A program made the position numbers and the translations under genes. Below are positions 27,241 through 43,440 of a DNA stretch of 64,000 bases, piece after piece; position 1 is the stretch's first letter, and each line of letters starts with the position of its first letter. Source of the stretch: Octopus vulgaris (lineage: Eukaryota). The notes under the pieces were generated by a model that worked only from the letters and a program-made list of their open reading frames with translations, made no database searches and was not told the DNA's origin. The DNA is taken from positions 136,152,001 to 136,216,000 of the forward strand of contig OX597814.1 in assembly GCA_951406725.2 (NCBI GenBank), read 5' to 3'.

Positions 27241-27469
27241 TATAATATATTATATATATTGTTATATTTTCATATATCACGCAAGTGTCACCGTCAATCG
27301 ACTTTTCTCAATCAGACGCAACTACCAATCGGTGACAAGCTGTATTCTCCAGACAGACACAGACATACGCACTCACACACACATGCACACATACATGCAT
27401 ACATACACTCACACAGCATGCACACATACAAGCATACATATACTCACACAGAAATACACGCGCGCACAT

Positions 27470-27621
27470 TTTGACTGGTTTCTGTCACAGAAACTGCAGT
27501 CATGCTGGAGCACCGCCTTCGACTGTTGTAGCCGATCACATTGACCTTAGTGATCTCTTGTCGAACCGCAGTATTACGAGACGTAAAGAGATACAATAGT
27601 TTTTAGGCCGGCGTAAGCATA

Positions 27622-27661
<40 letters not shown>

Positions 27662-27860
27662 AACACACATGCGTGTGTATGTGTTTGTGCGTGTGCGTGT
27701 GTGTGTGGTGTCTAAATACATGCATCAGGCTTCTGCACAATAACCGTCTGACGTACCAAATTCCACTCAACTTTTTGACCAACCCAAGGCTGTGTAGTAC
27801 AAGACAAGGTGCCGTGGAGTGAAATCGAACCTTGAATCATGTGGCTGCGATGCAGTTTTC
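27470..27860 (-). mobile_element. SINE family A, old degenerate copy
   Basis: TTTGACTG...CATGCTGGAGCACCGCC tail and ACCAAATTCCACTCA...CAAGGTGCC core. Confidence 0.65.
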
Positions 27861-27966
27861 TCTATGTATGTATATATGTACGCATATGTATATGTCTCCG
27901 TGTATGTATATATATATGTATATATATATATATATATATATAATGTATATATACCTAGACACACAC

Positions 27967-28004
<38 letters not shown>

Positions 28005-28030
28005 GTATATATATATGTATGTATACCTAG

Positions 28031-28062
<32 letters not shown>

Positions 28063-28965
28063 TTGCACGCTCATTCAGTATATATTCTGCGTATATATGT
28101 ATATGTCGCATATTTACAAATATAAATAAACGGATACGTAGCTATGTTTGCATGTTGTCTATGTATACAAACACACATATATATATATATACATAAAGAG
28201 AGGTGTGTGTGTGTTTCCAACTTTGACTCTATTCCGCTTTATAATAAACCGTCTATGAAATATTGCACAATGTCTGCTGTTTTACACAATGACCACTTTG
28301 CTAACCTGCTAAAGATAGTAGTCAAACCTCCCTCAGATATCATACCTTACCGTCTTCACTGAAACACATTGGATAATGTAGTCATAGATGCACTTTGCCA
28401 GAATAAAAAAAATTGGCCAAGTCTTTTGATCGTAGGTCACCACGTACCGGGCTGGCCTCTGGTGCTAAAGAAAAACAACACCTCTTTCTCCCTCCCTTCC
28501 TTTCTTTCCTTTTTTTTAGTTTATTCGTCTCCCTTCTTCGCTCTTTCCTTCAGAACACTTCATCGCTAACTCTTATTCTTTCTCTCTACCCCCTTTCTTC
28601 TTCATCTGTCTCTCAATCAGTCTCCAGCTCTCTCTCTCTCTCACTCACTCTCTCTCTGTCTCACGCTCTCTTTTTTTCTCTCTATCTTTTCCGCTTTCTC
28701 TCAATCTCCCTCTTTAAATGTTCCTAATTGTTACTTAGCACCTCATTTTCCTCACCCCCCACCTCTCTCGTACCGAACTACTTTTTCCTTCTATATCATT
28801 TTTCTCTTCTTTCCTTTCCTTCTTTTTTTTTTATAGTTTTCTGTTTTCCATCCATGGAAAGATGGATCTTTCTCTCTCTTCTCTCTGTAAACATACGTAT
28901 TTATACTCAAACTCACACATATACATACACATGTGAGTATACACACACACACATTTATTTTATAA

Positions 28966-29070
<105 letters not shown>

Positions 29071-29178
29071 CATAAATGAGGGCAAAGATTAGATATATAT
29101 ATATATATATACAATATATCTATGTATATAGTGTTACTTTATATAGATATATAATGAATATATTAATACATTATATAC

Positions 29179-29219
<41 letters not shown>

Positions 29220-29877
29220 ATATATATATATACACACACATATACACATTATATGTATGTTCCCATCTTATTCTTTATCTTTTTTTTCCAATCCCAAAGA
29301 TCGTTTTTCGATTCCTTTAACAAGCACCCACACGTGTACTTTTACAAATGCAAGACCATTCTATATACCGCTTAGCACCGACCACACTCTGTGCCAACTC
29401 TGCTGCCACCGCCTTCGCCACCACCACTACCACCACCACCACCACCACTGCCTCCTCCACCACCACCACCACCACTCCACTGCAGCCGCTGCTGCCGCTA
29501 CCAACATCTCTATCATTACAGATACCACTATCACCACTACTACTGTCACCGTTCTCACCGCTAAACCACCAACTCTAATACCCTCCACCAGTAGCAGCAT
29601 CAGCATCAGCAGCAGCAGCATGACCACCACTACTTGTAGCCAGACTTACATTCTTCTATCATTACATTATCATTTAACATTACACACGCACGCACGCGCG
29701 CGAGCTTTCACACACACACAAACATGCGCCCGTGCACTCACGTCTACGTACGTTTAAATGTGTAAGTATACACATATATGCGTATGTCTATATGTATGGT
29801 ATACACATACAGCATATATGTATGTATATATATTTCTACATATATATATGTGTGCGTATAATATATATGTATATCTA

Positions 29878-30002
<125 letters not shown>

Positions 30003-30023
30003 ATCTATCTATCTATCCATTTG

Positions 30024-30058
<35 letters not shown>

Positions 30059-30085
30059 ATCTATCTATCTATCTATCTATTTATT

Positions 30086-30176
<91 letters not shown>

Positions 30177-30217
30177 ATATACACATATATATTGTCACAC
30201 ATACACACATAGGCATT

Positions 30218-30294
<77 letters not shown>

Positions 30295-30660
30295 TCTGTG
30301 TGTGTGTGTGTGTATCTCTATGCATATTACTTGTTATTCTTTGGTTTTTTCCTATTCTTTCCATCCATTTCCTATAGAAATCACGCTTTGCTTTCGCTCT
30401 TCCTTTCCTTCATCCGTTTATTTCATTCGCTTTTCTGTCATTCTCCCCGCCACACACACACACACACACACTACCCGACTCTTCAATCTTCCATATCCTC
30501 ACTAACCCACCACCATCACCTACTACAACCCTCTTTGCACGTTTGTCTGTCTGGTAGTCTGTTATCTTTCACCACCTACATTAGCCGATCTTTTGCACCG
30601 TCTCGTGTGTTTGTGTATACATATACATATATATATATATATGTGTGTGTGTGCGTATAC

Positions 30661-30708
<48 letters not shown>

Positions 30709-30781
30709 AGAGAGAGAGAGATTCTATGTATATAAAATCTTTAGACATGCATATGTATATTTAGTATATATACATACACTA

Positions 30782-30845
<64 letters not shown>

Positions 30846-30866
30846 TATACATATACATATACATAC

Positions 30867-30899
<33 letters not shown>

Positions 30900-30915
30900 A
30901 ATATAGGATGGAAAA

Positions 30916-30962
<47 letters not shown>

Positions 30963-31099
30963 TGATCAAAATAAAACAAAATAAAACTGATCAATTGATC
31001 AATTTACTCCACCACCTACACCACCAAACGGTATACACAGGTGCTTATAATTATCAAGTACTCACCCCGAATTTCTATATATATATATATATATAGTTG

Positions 31100-31320
31100 T
31101 TTAGCCTCAGATCAGCCGTGATAGAAATAAGACATGATCAAAGGAAGCGCGTTCCAGCCGTGACTATCTCGCCTTTTTTTTTTTTTTTTTGTATATTAGG
31201 GTCTCAACATACTGTTCTGAGCAATCGTCCTTCTCAATCAAAGACGGTTGGGTGTGATGTGATTTGAGGCATATTTGGCTGCTATTACCAGGAAGACGTA
31301 CGACCACATCGAAGCACCTT
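31100..31320 (+). repeat. Dispersed repeat with GATTTGGCTGCTATTTCTAGCA motif; related pieces at ~4320-4370, 4880-4960(-), 9500-9675 and 28290-28450(-)
   Basis: AAGACGGTTGGGTGTGA...TTTGGCTGCTATTACCAG...CGACCACATCGAAG matches the other copies; class unknown. Confidence 0.6.
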
Positions 31321-31870
31321 TTTTTTTTTTTTGGTTCAGTCATCTTTGGTTTTTCGTTGGTAGCTTTGTTCGTTCTTTAAATGTAATCAACTTTATTTGT
31401 TAGTTTTTCATTTCTTTTTTTTTTTCTTCTTGTCTTGTACATCTTTCATTTCTTCTACTTTCTTTACGTCCTTATTTCTTCTTTTACATCTATATATTCC
31501 ACATTTCTTTTTTTTTTGTTGTTGTTGCTGCTACGACTACTTTTTCTTTCTTTTTTATCTTTCGTCTTTTCTTTCTTTCCTTCCTTGTTTTCGTCTTCAT
31601 TTCTCTTTATTTTCTGTCATCTTTCTTCCTACACATTCTTTTCTCCGTCTCTCTGTTTCTATCTTTCTGTCTGTCTCTCTCTTTCTGCCTGTCTGTTTCT
31701 CTCTTTGTCTCTTTATTCTGTCTGTCTCTCTCTCTCTTCGTCCATCGTTCTCTCTTTGTCTCTCTCTCTCTCTTATTCTCTATTTGTCTCTCTGTCTTTC
31801 GTATTCTCTCTGTCTGTCTGCTTGTCTATCTGTGCCTCTGTATTTCTGTTTCCCCCTCTGTCTCTCTCTG

Positions 31871-31901
<31 letters not shown>

Positions 31902-32577
31902 TACGCTCTCTTTCTTGTTATTTGCATTACTCTCTATCTTTCCTATTCTATGTCTGAGCATGCGAATATATATGTACACGTTTCTCTGCGTCGCGTGTAC
32001 GTGTGTGTATATGTGTTCGTATGTGTGCGTGCGTGTGTGTATATGTATCTGTATATATGTGCGCCCGCGCCGGTTTGTGTATCTGAATGTACTTATGTAC
32101 GTATTTACGTATTTACGCATGCGTGTGTGAGTGCACATATATGTATTTATGTGTGTGTGTGTGTGTATGTCTTAGATTTCCTATTTGTATCTTGTTACAT
32201 TAGTGTGAAGAACCTCTACATCATTCTATTCCTGCAAGTTCTGCTGCATGTCTCAGACAGGTCTTTTTTCCGCCCCTCCATAACCACTGCTACTTTCAAC
32301 ATCACTACCTTAACCACCACCGTCATCATTACCACCACCACCACCACCATCTCCACCACTACCACTGGTACCCCCAGTAGTTCTACCATCATCTCTCGTC
32401 GCAATCTTCCCTTCTCACTTTCGCTCGCTCTATCTCACGCTATGCGCTGCAGACATCTCTGAGAAGCCGTCTTGTTTCTCTTCTAGCTGTTTCCCTTTCT
32501 GCTTAAACATTCGTTGTCTTTTTAGTCATAAGAAAACCAAGAAAACATGCCAGCATGTAAACTGAAAGTGGCAGACG

Positions 32578-32578
<1 letters not shown>

Positions 32579-32608
<30 letters not shown>

Positions 32609-33086
32609 CTTCTTCTTCTTCTTCTTCTTCTTCTTCTTCTTCTTCTTCTTCTTCTTCTTCTTCTTCTTCTTCTTCTTCTTCTTCTTCTTCTTCTTCTTCT
32701 TCTTCTTCTTCTTCTTCTTCTTCTTCTTCTTCTTCTTCTTCTTCTTCTTCTTCTTCTTCTTCTTCTTCTTCTTCTTCTTCTTCTTCTTCTTCTTCTTCTT
32801 CTTCTTCTTCTTCTTCTTCTTCTTCTTCTTCTTCTTCTTCTTCTTCTTCTTCTTCTTCTTCTTCTTCTTCTTCTTCTTCTTCTTCTTCTTCTTCTTCTTC
32901 TTCTTCTTCTTCTTCTTCTTCTTCTTCTTCTTCTTCTTCTTCTTCTTCTTCTTCTTCTTCTTCTTCTTCTTCTTCTTCTTCTTCTTCTTCTTCTTCTTCT
33001 CCTTCTCCTCCTCCTCCTCCTCCTCCTCCTCCTCCTTCTCCTCCTCCTCCTCCTTCTTCTTCTTCTTCTTCTTCTTCTTCTTCTTT
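32579..33086. repeat. (TTC)~140 pure tract followed by (TCC)n/(TTC)n; a shorter (TTC)n lies at 47197-47276
   Basis: Uninterrupted CTT units across 32579-33000. Confidence 0.97.
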
Positions 33087-33199
33087 CTTTCTTTACTAAA
33101 TGCTCACTATTTCTTTACCTCTTATCTCTCCACATACGTACACAATTATATATTTAGTGTGGTGTCTGAGTGTGTGTATGTGTATATATATATATATAT

Positions 33200-34378
<1,179 letters not shown>

Positions 34379-34464
34379 CTGCTGAGACAGAGTCTGCAAA
34401 ACCGTCTTAAATACTTATTTTATTAAACACTGCCCGTGAGATGCTGGTGGTCTGTGTTTTTTTT

Positions 34465-34499
<35 letters not shown>

Positions 34500-36264
34500 C
34501 CTCTCTGTTTTTTTTCTTCTTGTCTCTCAGTTTCCAAATGTGTTCTGAAAGTGCTGTGGTGATATCGATGTCGGAACAAACTAGTGTATTGGTATAGGTG
34601 ACTCTTGAAGAACTGAACTGTAAACCTTATATGGCTTGTAAATATCCGTTCTTTTATATTTTTCTCTGGGCATTTGCCATATGGAGAGAAAGGTACTGCG
34701 TTTCAATAGTCGCTCCTGGATTCCTTTACTCTACGTTTGGTTGCAGTTTTTTTGTTCTTGCAATGTAGCTCTTAATTGGGTTTAAATGTTTCTTGTGCTG
34801 CTCGATCATACTTTAATGCTGTTTTTTGTCGAACTGTTTGTGAAATTTATGGTCGTTTTTGAAATGATTTTTTGATTGGGGAGAGGAAATGTTTTTCACT
34901 TTGGAATAGGAAATGTGTTGCAAAACAGGTTCCTTAATCAATGCTATAGTGTAGTTTATAATATATAATATTTATTTCTCCTGAGTTATTGGTTAAATAA
35001 AAGCTGACACAAAGCTGTATGAATTTGAATCTCTTGCACAACTCTATGTTAGTATTCACGTGGTTCTTTGGAGCCTAAAAAAAACAAAAAAACAAATGTA
35101 AATTTATCCTAGGTGATAAAAATGCAATGCAAGGACTGACAGCTTTCCTTTCTTTGAGAGAAGGGATTTTCACTAATCTCTATATAGCTTTTTTGTTTGT
35201 TGACTGTAATCTGCAAGAGAAACCTCAGCTCGGTAAATTATTAAAAAAAGAAACTCATACTGTTGAGCGAGTAGATATTACGGATTTTGAAATTATATAG
35301 AAGAGGTGAGTTTTGTGAGTTCGTATAGGAAAATTTTCTTTGGTTTATTCTGGTTATGGAAGCAATGAAGCTTTTAGTGCAACTGTAGTAGTCCTTAATA
35401 CTATTACTATTAAAAATATTTTATCCAAAGTCTTCGGGGAAATACTTATTTATAAGGTTTAAAAAAATTCTTGCAACATTAGAACGAAAATTCAAACTAT
35501 ATAGAAGACCATACAATATATTTCGTTTCTCTTTTTTGTGTTTATGAGCTTTTGTTATTCTGTATGTAATGCATTCTAGCTTTGAAGTTTCTGTCTTTTA
35601 ATGCTGCGTTGCACAGTAAATGATTCCTCGTCAGAAGGTAAACTGGATATGCTCTTACTAATATTATTAACCAAGTTTTAAAGGTTTAATGGGGGATGGT
35701 TTAACGTGCATTAATATATTCCAAATTTTTCATTGGGTTTACCACAAAGGCAGCAGTTACGCATATCCAAATCTGAAGATATAACTAAGAGATTAATTAA
35801 ATTCAAATCGACTGTGATTTTTAAATTCAATCCTTTGTCTATTCTATATTCTAACTAACTGCATCTGTTATGTGACCATTCATATTTCGTAAAATGACCA
35901 GTAAATGTTTAAGAAAATTCTTTTAAACTGATTCTTGCAATATACGGACACCTGCAGAAATTCAAGCATTCAGTACAGCATGTCACCATCTCCTCGTCCA
36001 AGTATATCTGGAGTTTAAAGGAGGATAATTTTAATAACACGTGCAAATCTACATTATTGGCTCCAGGTCTATGTCTTTCAGAGTAGGAAAACATGCTTTT
36101 GAAATTTCAACAAGAGGTTGGAATTGGTGAATTCTTGTAGTCACTTTAAATCAATATTTATTAAGGAATTTTTGTCTACTGATGAACTTATTTTTCACAA
36201 AATATATTTCACCTATCCTATAAGATGGTTATACAATGAAAAACAAAATACACTTTGTTATTTA

Positions 36265-37534
36265 CAGCGGTTGGACAAAATAATGGAAACACCTTAAAAT
36301 TTTCAAACAAATTTATTCTAATATGAGGTAGGACCGCCTTTGGCAGTAATTACAGCTTGAATTCTTCGAGGTATGGACTCATACAAAGTTTGAATTGTTT
36401 CCAAAGGAATTTTTGTCCATTCTTCAGCTAAAATAGTCTCCAGTTCTTGTAGTGATGATGGTGGAGGATATCGACTCATTACTTGCTTTTCTAAAATACA
36501 CCATAAATGTTCAATAATATTGAGATCTGGAGACTGTGGTGGCCAGATAAAATGCTCAACTTCACTAGAATGTGCCTTGTGCCATTCAGTAACAACTTTA
36601 GCTGTGTAAATTGGTGCATTATCATCCTGAAAGATTGCGTTTCCCTCCAGAAACAGTTCCGCAACCATGCGATGAATTTGATCAGATAAAATGCTTAAAT
36701 AGTCTTGATTTAATTCTTCCATGAAAGGAAACCATTGGACCGGCGATTTCCAAGATATAAACCCCCATATCATCACAGATCCTCCTCCATTTTTAACAGT
36801 TGGAAGAAAGCAGTCTGGGTCAAATGCTTCTTTTGGCTGTCTCCACATGTATACTCGGCGGGTGGTCGGAAATAAGGTAAAGAATGACTCATGCGAGAAA
36901 ATAACATTCTTCTGCTGCTCTAGGGACCAATTCTGTAGGTTTTTACTCCACTCTAAACGCTTTGCAACGTTTGTTTTTGGAAGTTGTGGTTTTCTGATTG
37001 CAGCCCTCCCATGAAATCCAGCTTTGTGCAGCACCCGGCGAACAGTTTTTGTGGAAACTGAGTTCTCGAGGTGGTCATCAAGCTCTGCAATAATTTTGGA
37101 AGCTGTGCTTATGAGATCCTTTCTAACAATTCGCGTAGGAGACCGACGGTCCCTATCTGAAAGTTTTGGTTTTCTTCCGAAGTTTTGTTTCGACGAGGAG
37201 GTTTTTCCTTCTTTCTCAAAGGCTGTTATTACTTTCGAGACAGAACTTCTTGATGCACCAAATATTTCGGCTGTTTTCATACGCTAGTGCCTGTCATACG
37301 AGCACGAACAATTTGACCTTTTTGAAAGTCAGCTAGATCTGTCATTTTAATTAATTTTAATTACCTTTTTCTGATGGTATCTTAAAAGAAACAGCGATTT
37401 TAGCAGAACATATTAAGCAACACTAATATTAAATCAAAAAGCATAAAAATAAACAAGCTTTTGACGATTTTATAGATGTTTCTAAATTATGATGCTATGA
37501 TGCTAGGTGTTTCCATTATTTTGTCCAACCCCTG
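36265..37534 (-). mobile_element. Full-length Tc1-family DNA transposon (1270 bp, DD36E type)
   Basis: 30-bp TIRs CAG(C/G)GGTTGGACAAAATAATGGAAACACCT with 1 mismatch, TA TSD on both sides, transposase inside. Confidence 0.97.
36318..37345 (-). pseudogene. Tc1 transposase, damaged (320-aa open frame 37280-36318)
   Basis: The true start MTDLADFQKGQIVRAR at 37345 is frameshifted near 37283. Motifs GRKPKLS, FS(H)ES (first catalytic D>H), FQDDNAP and SPDLNIIEHLW are present. The segment WKSPVQWFPFMEELNQ is out of frame between two compensating deletions. Confidence 0.92.
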
Positions 37535-37889
37535 TATATACAACTTTATTTATAAACATCTTTGATTTCATGTGCATCTCACATATGATAATCTAGAGAG
37601 GAAAATAACACGTGTTTTTGTACGTAAATGGTTGAATGTAAACGTACCATTCGTATGACTGGACAGTTGAATGTTTTCAAACGTCTTTGATTTTTTTTTT
37701 TGAAAACCAAACAACCTCGATAACTGATTACCTTTTGACGTATTTATGAATATTTTTGCTTGTATATTGCCATACTGCTTCCTTACTTCAATCGTTTGAA
37801 TAATCGGCAGAGTTAAACTCAGTGTTACGATTCAGAAGTTTCAACTTCTAAGATATATATCTATATATGTATGTTTGTGTATATCTATC

Positions 37890-37921
<32 letters not shown>

Positions 37922-38149
37922 TGTATGTATGTATGTATGTATGTATGTATGTATGTATGTATGTATGTATGTGTGTGTGTGAATAAAATACATAAATAAA
38001 ACGAGGAAAATTAAAAGGAATAGAAGAGACAAACAATATACGAAGTTTGGACAAGTTAAACAAACGGTGTATGTGCTTTCAACAAGCATACATCGACTTC
38101 TCTGTCTTTCGCAAGCCGATTTTCACATGCGTTCTAACTAATTTTTCCA

Positions 38150-38507
38150 CCGTCTAGGCCTAAAAAAGCCCTTATTGTTGGTTCCTTGTCCTGTTATTCT
38201 TTATTTGTACTGTTTTTTCTTCATTTGTATTGCTTTTACGTCCTGTTCTTGTCACTTGTTTTACCTCTCTGCAAAATAATTTTATTTAATTCCTTTTGCA
38301 GAAAGGACTATCTCGGCCTGGCCGTGTTCTGCCCTTACCTTCGAAACACGCATTAAGTCGAACCAGGGGCAGCTGATGAAGGGGAATTTTCCTTGTATTG
38401 TTTGTCCTGTACTCTGTTTTTTCGTTGTTAAAAAAAAGTCCATTTCCTTGTTTGATTTTATGTTTTCGTTTCTCGTTGTGTTCTACGTTTATTTGTGGTG
38501 TCCTGTA

Positions 38508-38510
<3 letters not shown>
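38150..38510 (+). mobile_element. PLE-like terminal repeat, copy E
   Basis: CCTTCGAAAC...CTGATGAAGGGG...GGTGTCCTGTACTCATATAT, homologous to copy B. Confidence 0.65.
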
Positions 38511-38576
<66 letters not shown>

Positions 38577-38756
38577 ATGTATATATACATATAGATGTAT
38601 GTATGTACATATATGCATGTTTTATTTATTTATTATATTGTTATTATATATATATATATACATACATAATAAAATAAGGTAATAATAAATTATTATTACC
38701 AGTGGCCTAGCACAAAAAACGAATTAGTCATTAGACTATATATTATTCATATAGTA

Positions 38757-38903
38757 ATACAATAAGAGACTTCCAAATAGGAAAGCGTTGTGCTAGAAAA
38801 TAGCAGTAGAAATCTTGAGATTTCTTGAGATTCTACTGTCTTGAGAGTCTTGAGATTTCTACTGCTCTTTCTAGCACAACGCTTTCCTATTTGGAAGCCT
38901 CTT

Positions 38904-38910
<7 letters not shown>
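38757..38910. repeat. Inverted repeat (~58-bp arms) next to (TA)n; a second 21-bp-arm hairpin lies at 38962-39010
   Basis: 38757-38815 versus the reverse complement of 38853-38910; the loop contains repeated TCTTGAGA. Confidence 0.9.
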
Positions 38911-38962
<52 letters not shown>

Positions 38963-39104
38963 TTACGGTTAAAATTATAAACGTAAGTTGTTTATGATTT
39001 TAACCGTAAAGGTATTTTAATATGCTGCCACATTTCTTGACGGAATTTTTTTCTGTAGTGAAAAAAAACTTCATCCTATATTAGTAGTAGTAGTAGTAGT
39101 AGTA

Positions 39105-39148
<44 letters not shown>

Positions 39149-39729
39149 GACTTAGGAATAATGAAACAAAGAAACCACAATCAAAGAATAAAGCCCAATG
39201 AAAGGAACAGAAAATCTAACATTGCGGGTTAAACATTTTATCAAAGAGAAGGAAAAGTAACAAGTTAAGAGAAAAAGAAATTGAAACAATACCGAATTTA
39301 CGATGCTTGTTTATTTTGCAGGTTTGAAAGTAAACCTGCAATATAATAGACATAACAAATTCTGTATAGTTTCTCTGTGTGTTGTCTGTCGGTCTGTCTC
39401 TCTTGCTCTCTCACTCATTCTCTCCTCATACACACATGCGACGTCTATGTTCTATCTTGGTCCTTTCAAGTTTTTATTTATTTAATTCCTTTATGAGTTC
39501 TTTACATTTTGTTTCGAACTCTATGGTTCCTAAGTCTATTAATATTTCTAAACTTTCATGGTTATCAGGCTGAAGCATTGACCTTGCTGTGCTTCACTAC
39601 CGTCATTCAAGGGAATCGCAGCAGGTGATTTGTTATTGGTGACATTGGTGCCAGGTTTGAATTTATGTTAATTACATTTTTTTTTCCAGCAGCAAGAGAA
39701 AGGGTTTTTATTTGTTACAAGTGAATCTG

Positions 39730-39930
39730 CGTTGAATTCTGCATTGTTATTGTGTGTGTAACATCGCTTTCATAATAAAACTCTTTGGTGGAAATCTAAA
39801 TAAGATGCTTGCGTTATTTACTAATGTTTTCTTCGTTGTTGTAGATGCATTTTCAGTCGCCGGAAAAGTGTTATATTTGTGTAGCCAATATCACTGTCAG
39901 AGTCTCGAAGTTGACAACCTTTTTGTTTCC
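39730..39930 (-). mobile_element. Degenerate GIY-YIG endonuclease remnant of a Penelope-like element
   Basis: Minus translation IGYTNITLFRRLKMHLQQ, then after a frameshift TKKTLVNNASIL...FIMKAML; fits the PLE pattern YIGxTxxTLxRRLxxH...LxxNTxIL...LxIxEA. Confidence 0.5.
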
Positions 39931-40388
39931 AATCAAACTTGTAAATAATATTGGTCATTAGTAACATGCTCGTGGGCTTGCAGGCTTTATTGACAGGGAT
40001 TTTTTTTTTTTTTTATATTTTCAATATTTCTGTGCTCTTACTTTTAGTGTTAGATTATGAATGAGTGCAATACATTTTCTGTATGACTTTATGACTTTCT
40101 TTTTTATAAAGTATAGACTTAACTTGCGCAAGAAGTTCGCTTCAAACCCACGTAGATTGGGGTTCAGTCTTATTGCGCGGCAGCTTGAGCAAATGTATTT
40201 CACGGCGACCTCAGCTTAAACAATACCTTGTGAATAAAATTAGACGGAAACAGTGCAGAAGCCTTCCACACACACACACACACACACATACAAGAGTTAC
40301 GGAATGGAGAAGATAAGATCCGTGAAATATAAAATATACATACATGCATGCATGCATACATACATACATACATACATACATACATACA

Positions 40389-40423
<35 letters not shown>

Positions 40424-40528
40424 GCATGTGTTATCCGAATTTTATAGTTTTATAAAATTCGGATAATATATCCACTCTACTGGCGGTTATACGAGTGCAT
40501 CGTCTCCTTGACTTATGGTCTCTTAGAG

Positions 40529-40879
40529 CAGTGGTTCTCAAACTATCTGATGTGGCGTACCGTCAGTTTTTTCTCCAATGTTCCAAGGACCGGTAATATT
40601 TCTTAGTAATATTAATTTATACCGGAAACAATATAATGGATGTAATAAAATCCTTAAATCCTTAAAAATGTTTTAGCCCGAAGGCCGCGGCCATGCTGGG
40701 GCACCACCGCTGTTGACAATTTTTTTTTATCATATGTGTATTTTGTAAACAAATAGTACAATATTACATAAGCGTTTTATAAGCATTTTATAAGCATGTT
40801 ATAATGTATCTTTCTTTTCTGGAAATTCGCCGCGTACCGGCAGCTGATGGTTCGCGGACCGCCACTTTGAGTAGCACTG
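40529..40879. mobile_element. hAT (Charlie-type) MITE
   Basis: TIRs CAGTGGTTCTCAAA / TTTGAGTAGCACTG; 8-bp TSD TCTTAGAG / TCTTAGAC. Confidence 0.9.
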
Positions 40880-40974
40880 TCTTAGACTACTCACGCACGT
40901 ATATATGCATGCATTCGCCATGATAGATCGATAGCCACTACACGCATTTTTTTCTCTCCTTGTTTTTTTTCTGT

Positions 40975-41016
40975 GTCCCTTTCTGTAGAAGAGCGTGGGC
41001 TCGAAACGTAAAAGAC
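40975..41016 (+). ncRNA. Minimal type I hammerhead-like motif (PLE-associated variant)
   Basis: CTTT-CTGTAGA-A-GAGC-gtgg-GCTC-GAAA-CGTA-AAAG: stem I CTTT/AAAG, stem II GAGC/GCTC, palindromic ACGT stem III. The core deviates from consensus (A6>U, extra A after A9). Confidence 0.45.
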
Positions 41017-41209
41017 TGTTTCAATTTCCTGAGCGTTATACTAATACATCTGTTTGTTTTATTCACCACCAGTCTTCGTCTTTTGTTTTTTTTTCGTGAA
41101 CTCTCCCTGTGTGGTGACGTCGATGTTCGCCTGGGGCTAAATGCAACAGTAACACCCCCACCACCCTGCCCTGTCCCTAGCCATATTCAGATGGCTTTAG
41201 TCCCTTATG

Positions 41210-41264
<55 letters not shown>

Positions 41265-41415
41265 CATACATACATACATTCATACATACATACATACATA
41301 CATACATACATACATGCATGCATGCATGCATGCATACATACATACATACATACATACATACATACATACATACATACATACATACATACATACATACATG
41401 CGTACATACGTGCGT

Positions 41416-41457
<42 letters not shown>

Positions 41458-42065
41458 GTGTGGGTGAGTGCATTCACAATTATGTTTCTGTGTTGCATAC
41501 TGGTGTAAATCGATACGTTGAGTTACGACTCTTCAAGCCGAAAACGAAGTTTAGCCGCCATTTGCAAAAAAGAAAAAAAATGCAGCAACTGCAGAAAAAT
41601 GTAAAATATCTACTAAGCTGAAATATTTTCAGTTGTTGGATATGATCGACCAAAAACCCTCGAAGGTTGTACATTAGCACTTTAGCATGGTTGCAGTCCA
41701 ATGATAGAAAACCAGTAAAGAATAAAAGACTATTTTATTAGCCAGTATGTATTTGCTTCATAATACACTTTTATGAGTGGTTTGTTTACTTTTAATGGGT
41801 TTAGTGTCTGGCGTTATTCACTACGTTGAATTTGTTTCTCTTTTGTTATATGGTTTGGTCTACTAGCTTCTTTGTATATCTGTTGTTGATCAGTGTTTGT
41901 TTTATTCTGTTAGATTCCTTTTGTGCAAGTACTTCATTTGTGTAGGAGAGAAATCTGAATGCTCTTCTAAGTAGAGACTTAACCACTGACATTTTATGTC
42001 TGTGTGGACGGACATTCACTATCTCTATGCAAGCATAGGCATTTATTAATCTTTAGTGTAAACGG

Positions 42066-42100
<35 letters not shown>

Positions 42101-42519
42101 GCGCGCGAGCACGTTATTTACCTCAATGAATTTGTCTAGAAATAGCATTGTTGTATCATTTGGACTTTTATTTATACTGTTCTAGATACATAATTTTAGG
42201 ACAGAATTGTTTTCAGTTTCTTTTCTTTTAATTTCTAAATTTATTTCAGTGTGTCCAATGGAACAAGTGTCCCCGTAACTTAACGGTTCAGTAAAAGATT
42301 CCGATAGAATAAGTAGCAGGCTTAAAAGGAAAAAAAATGTAGTAGGATCAATTCGTTCGACTAAAATTTCTTCAAGGTGGTGACCCGACGCCAGTCTACT
42401 GACAGAAACAAGTAGAAGATGAAGATACCTAGTCTGATGTATATCGCATATGTATGCCTCAGTACCACACTTCTTGTTTTCTACTGTGCATACAAAATGC
42501 TGCAAATTTGGGTCTTGTG

Positions 42520-43428
<909 letters not shown>

Positions 43429-43440
43429 AACTCTGGAGAA

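Noticed and set aside
29212-29757. His/Thr/Ala/Ser-rich ORFs resembling a transcription-factor low-complexity region (also 14574-14882 and 32216-32404)
   Set aside because: These are CAC/CAG/GAT trinucleotide runs without convincing splice sites or any domain.
36318-37280. Active or domesticated transposase gene
   Set aside because: It has a catalytic D>H change, a lost N-terminus and an out-of-frame internal segment, and the TIRs and TSD are still present.
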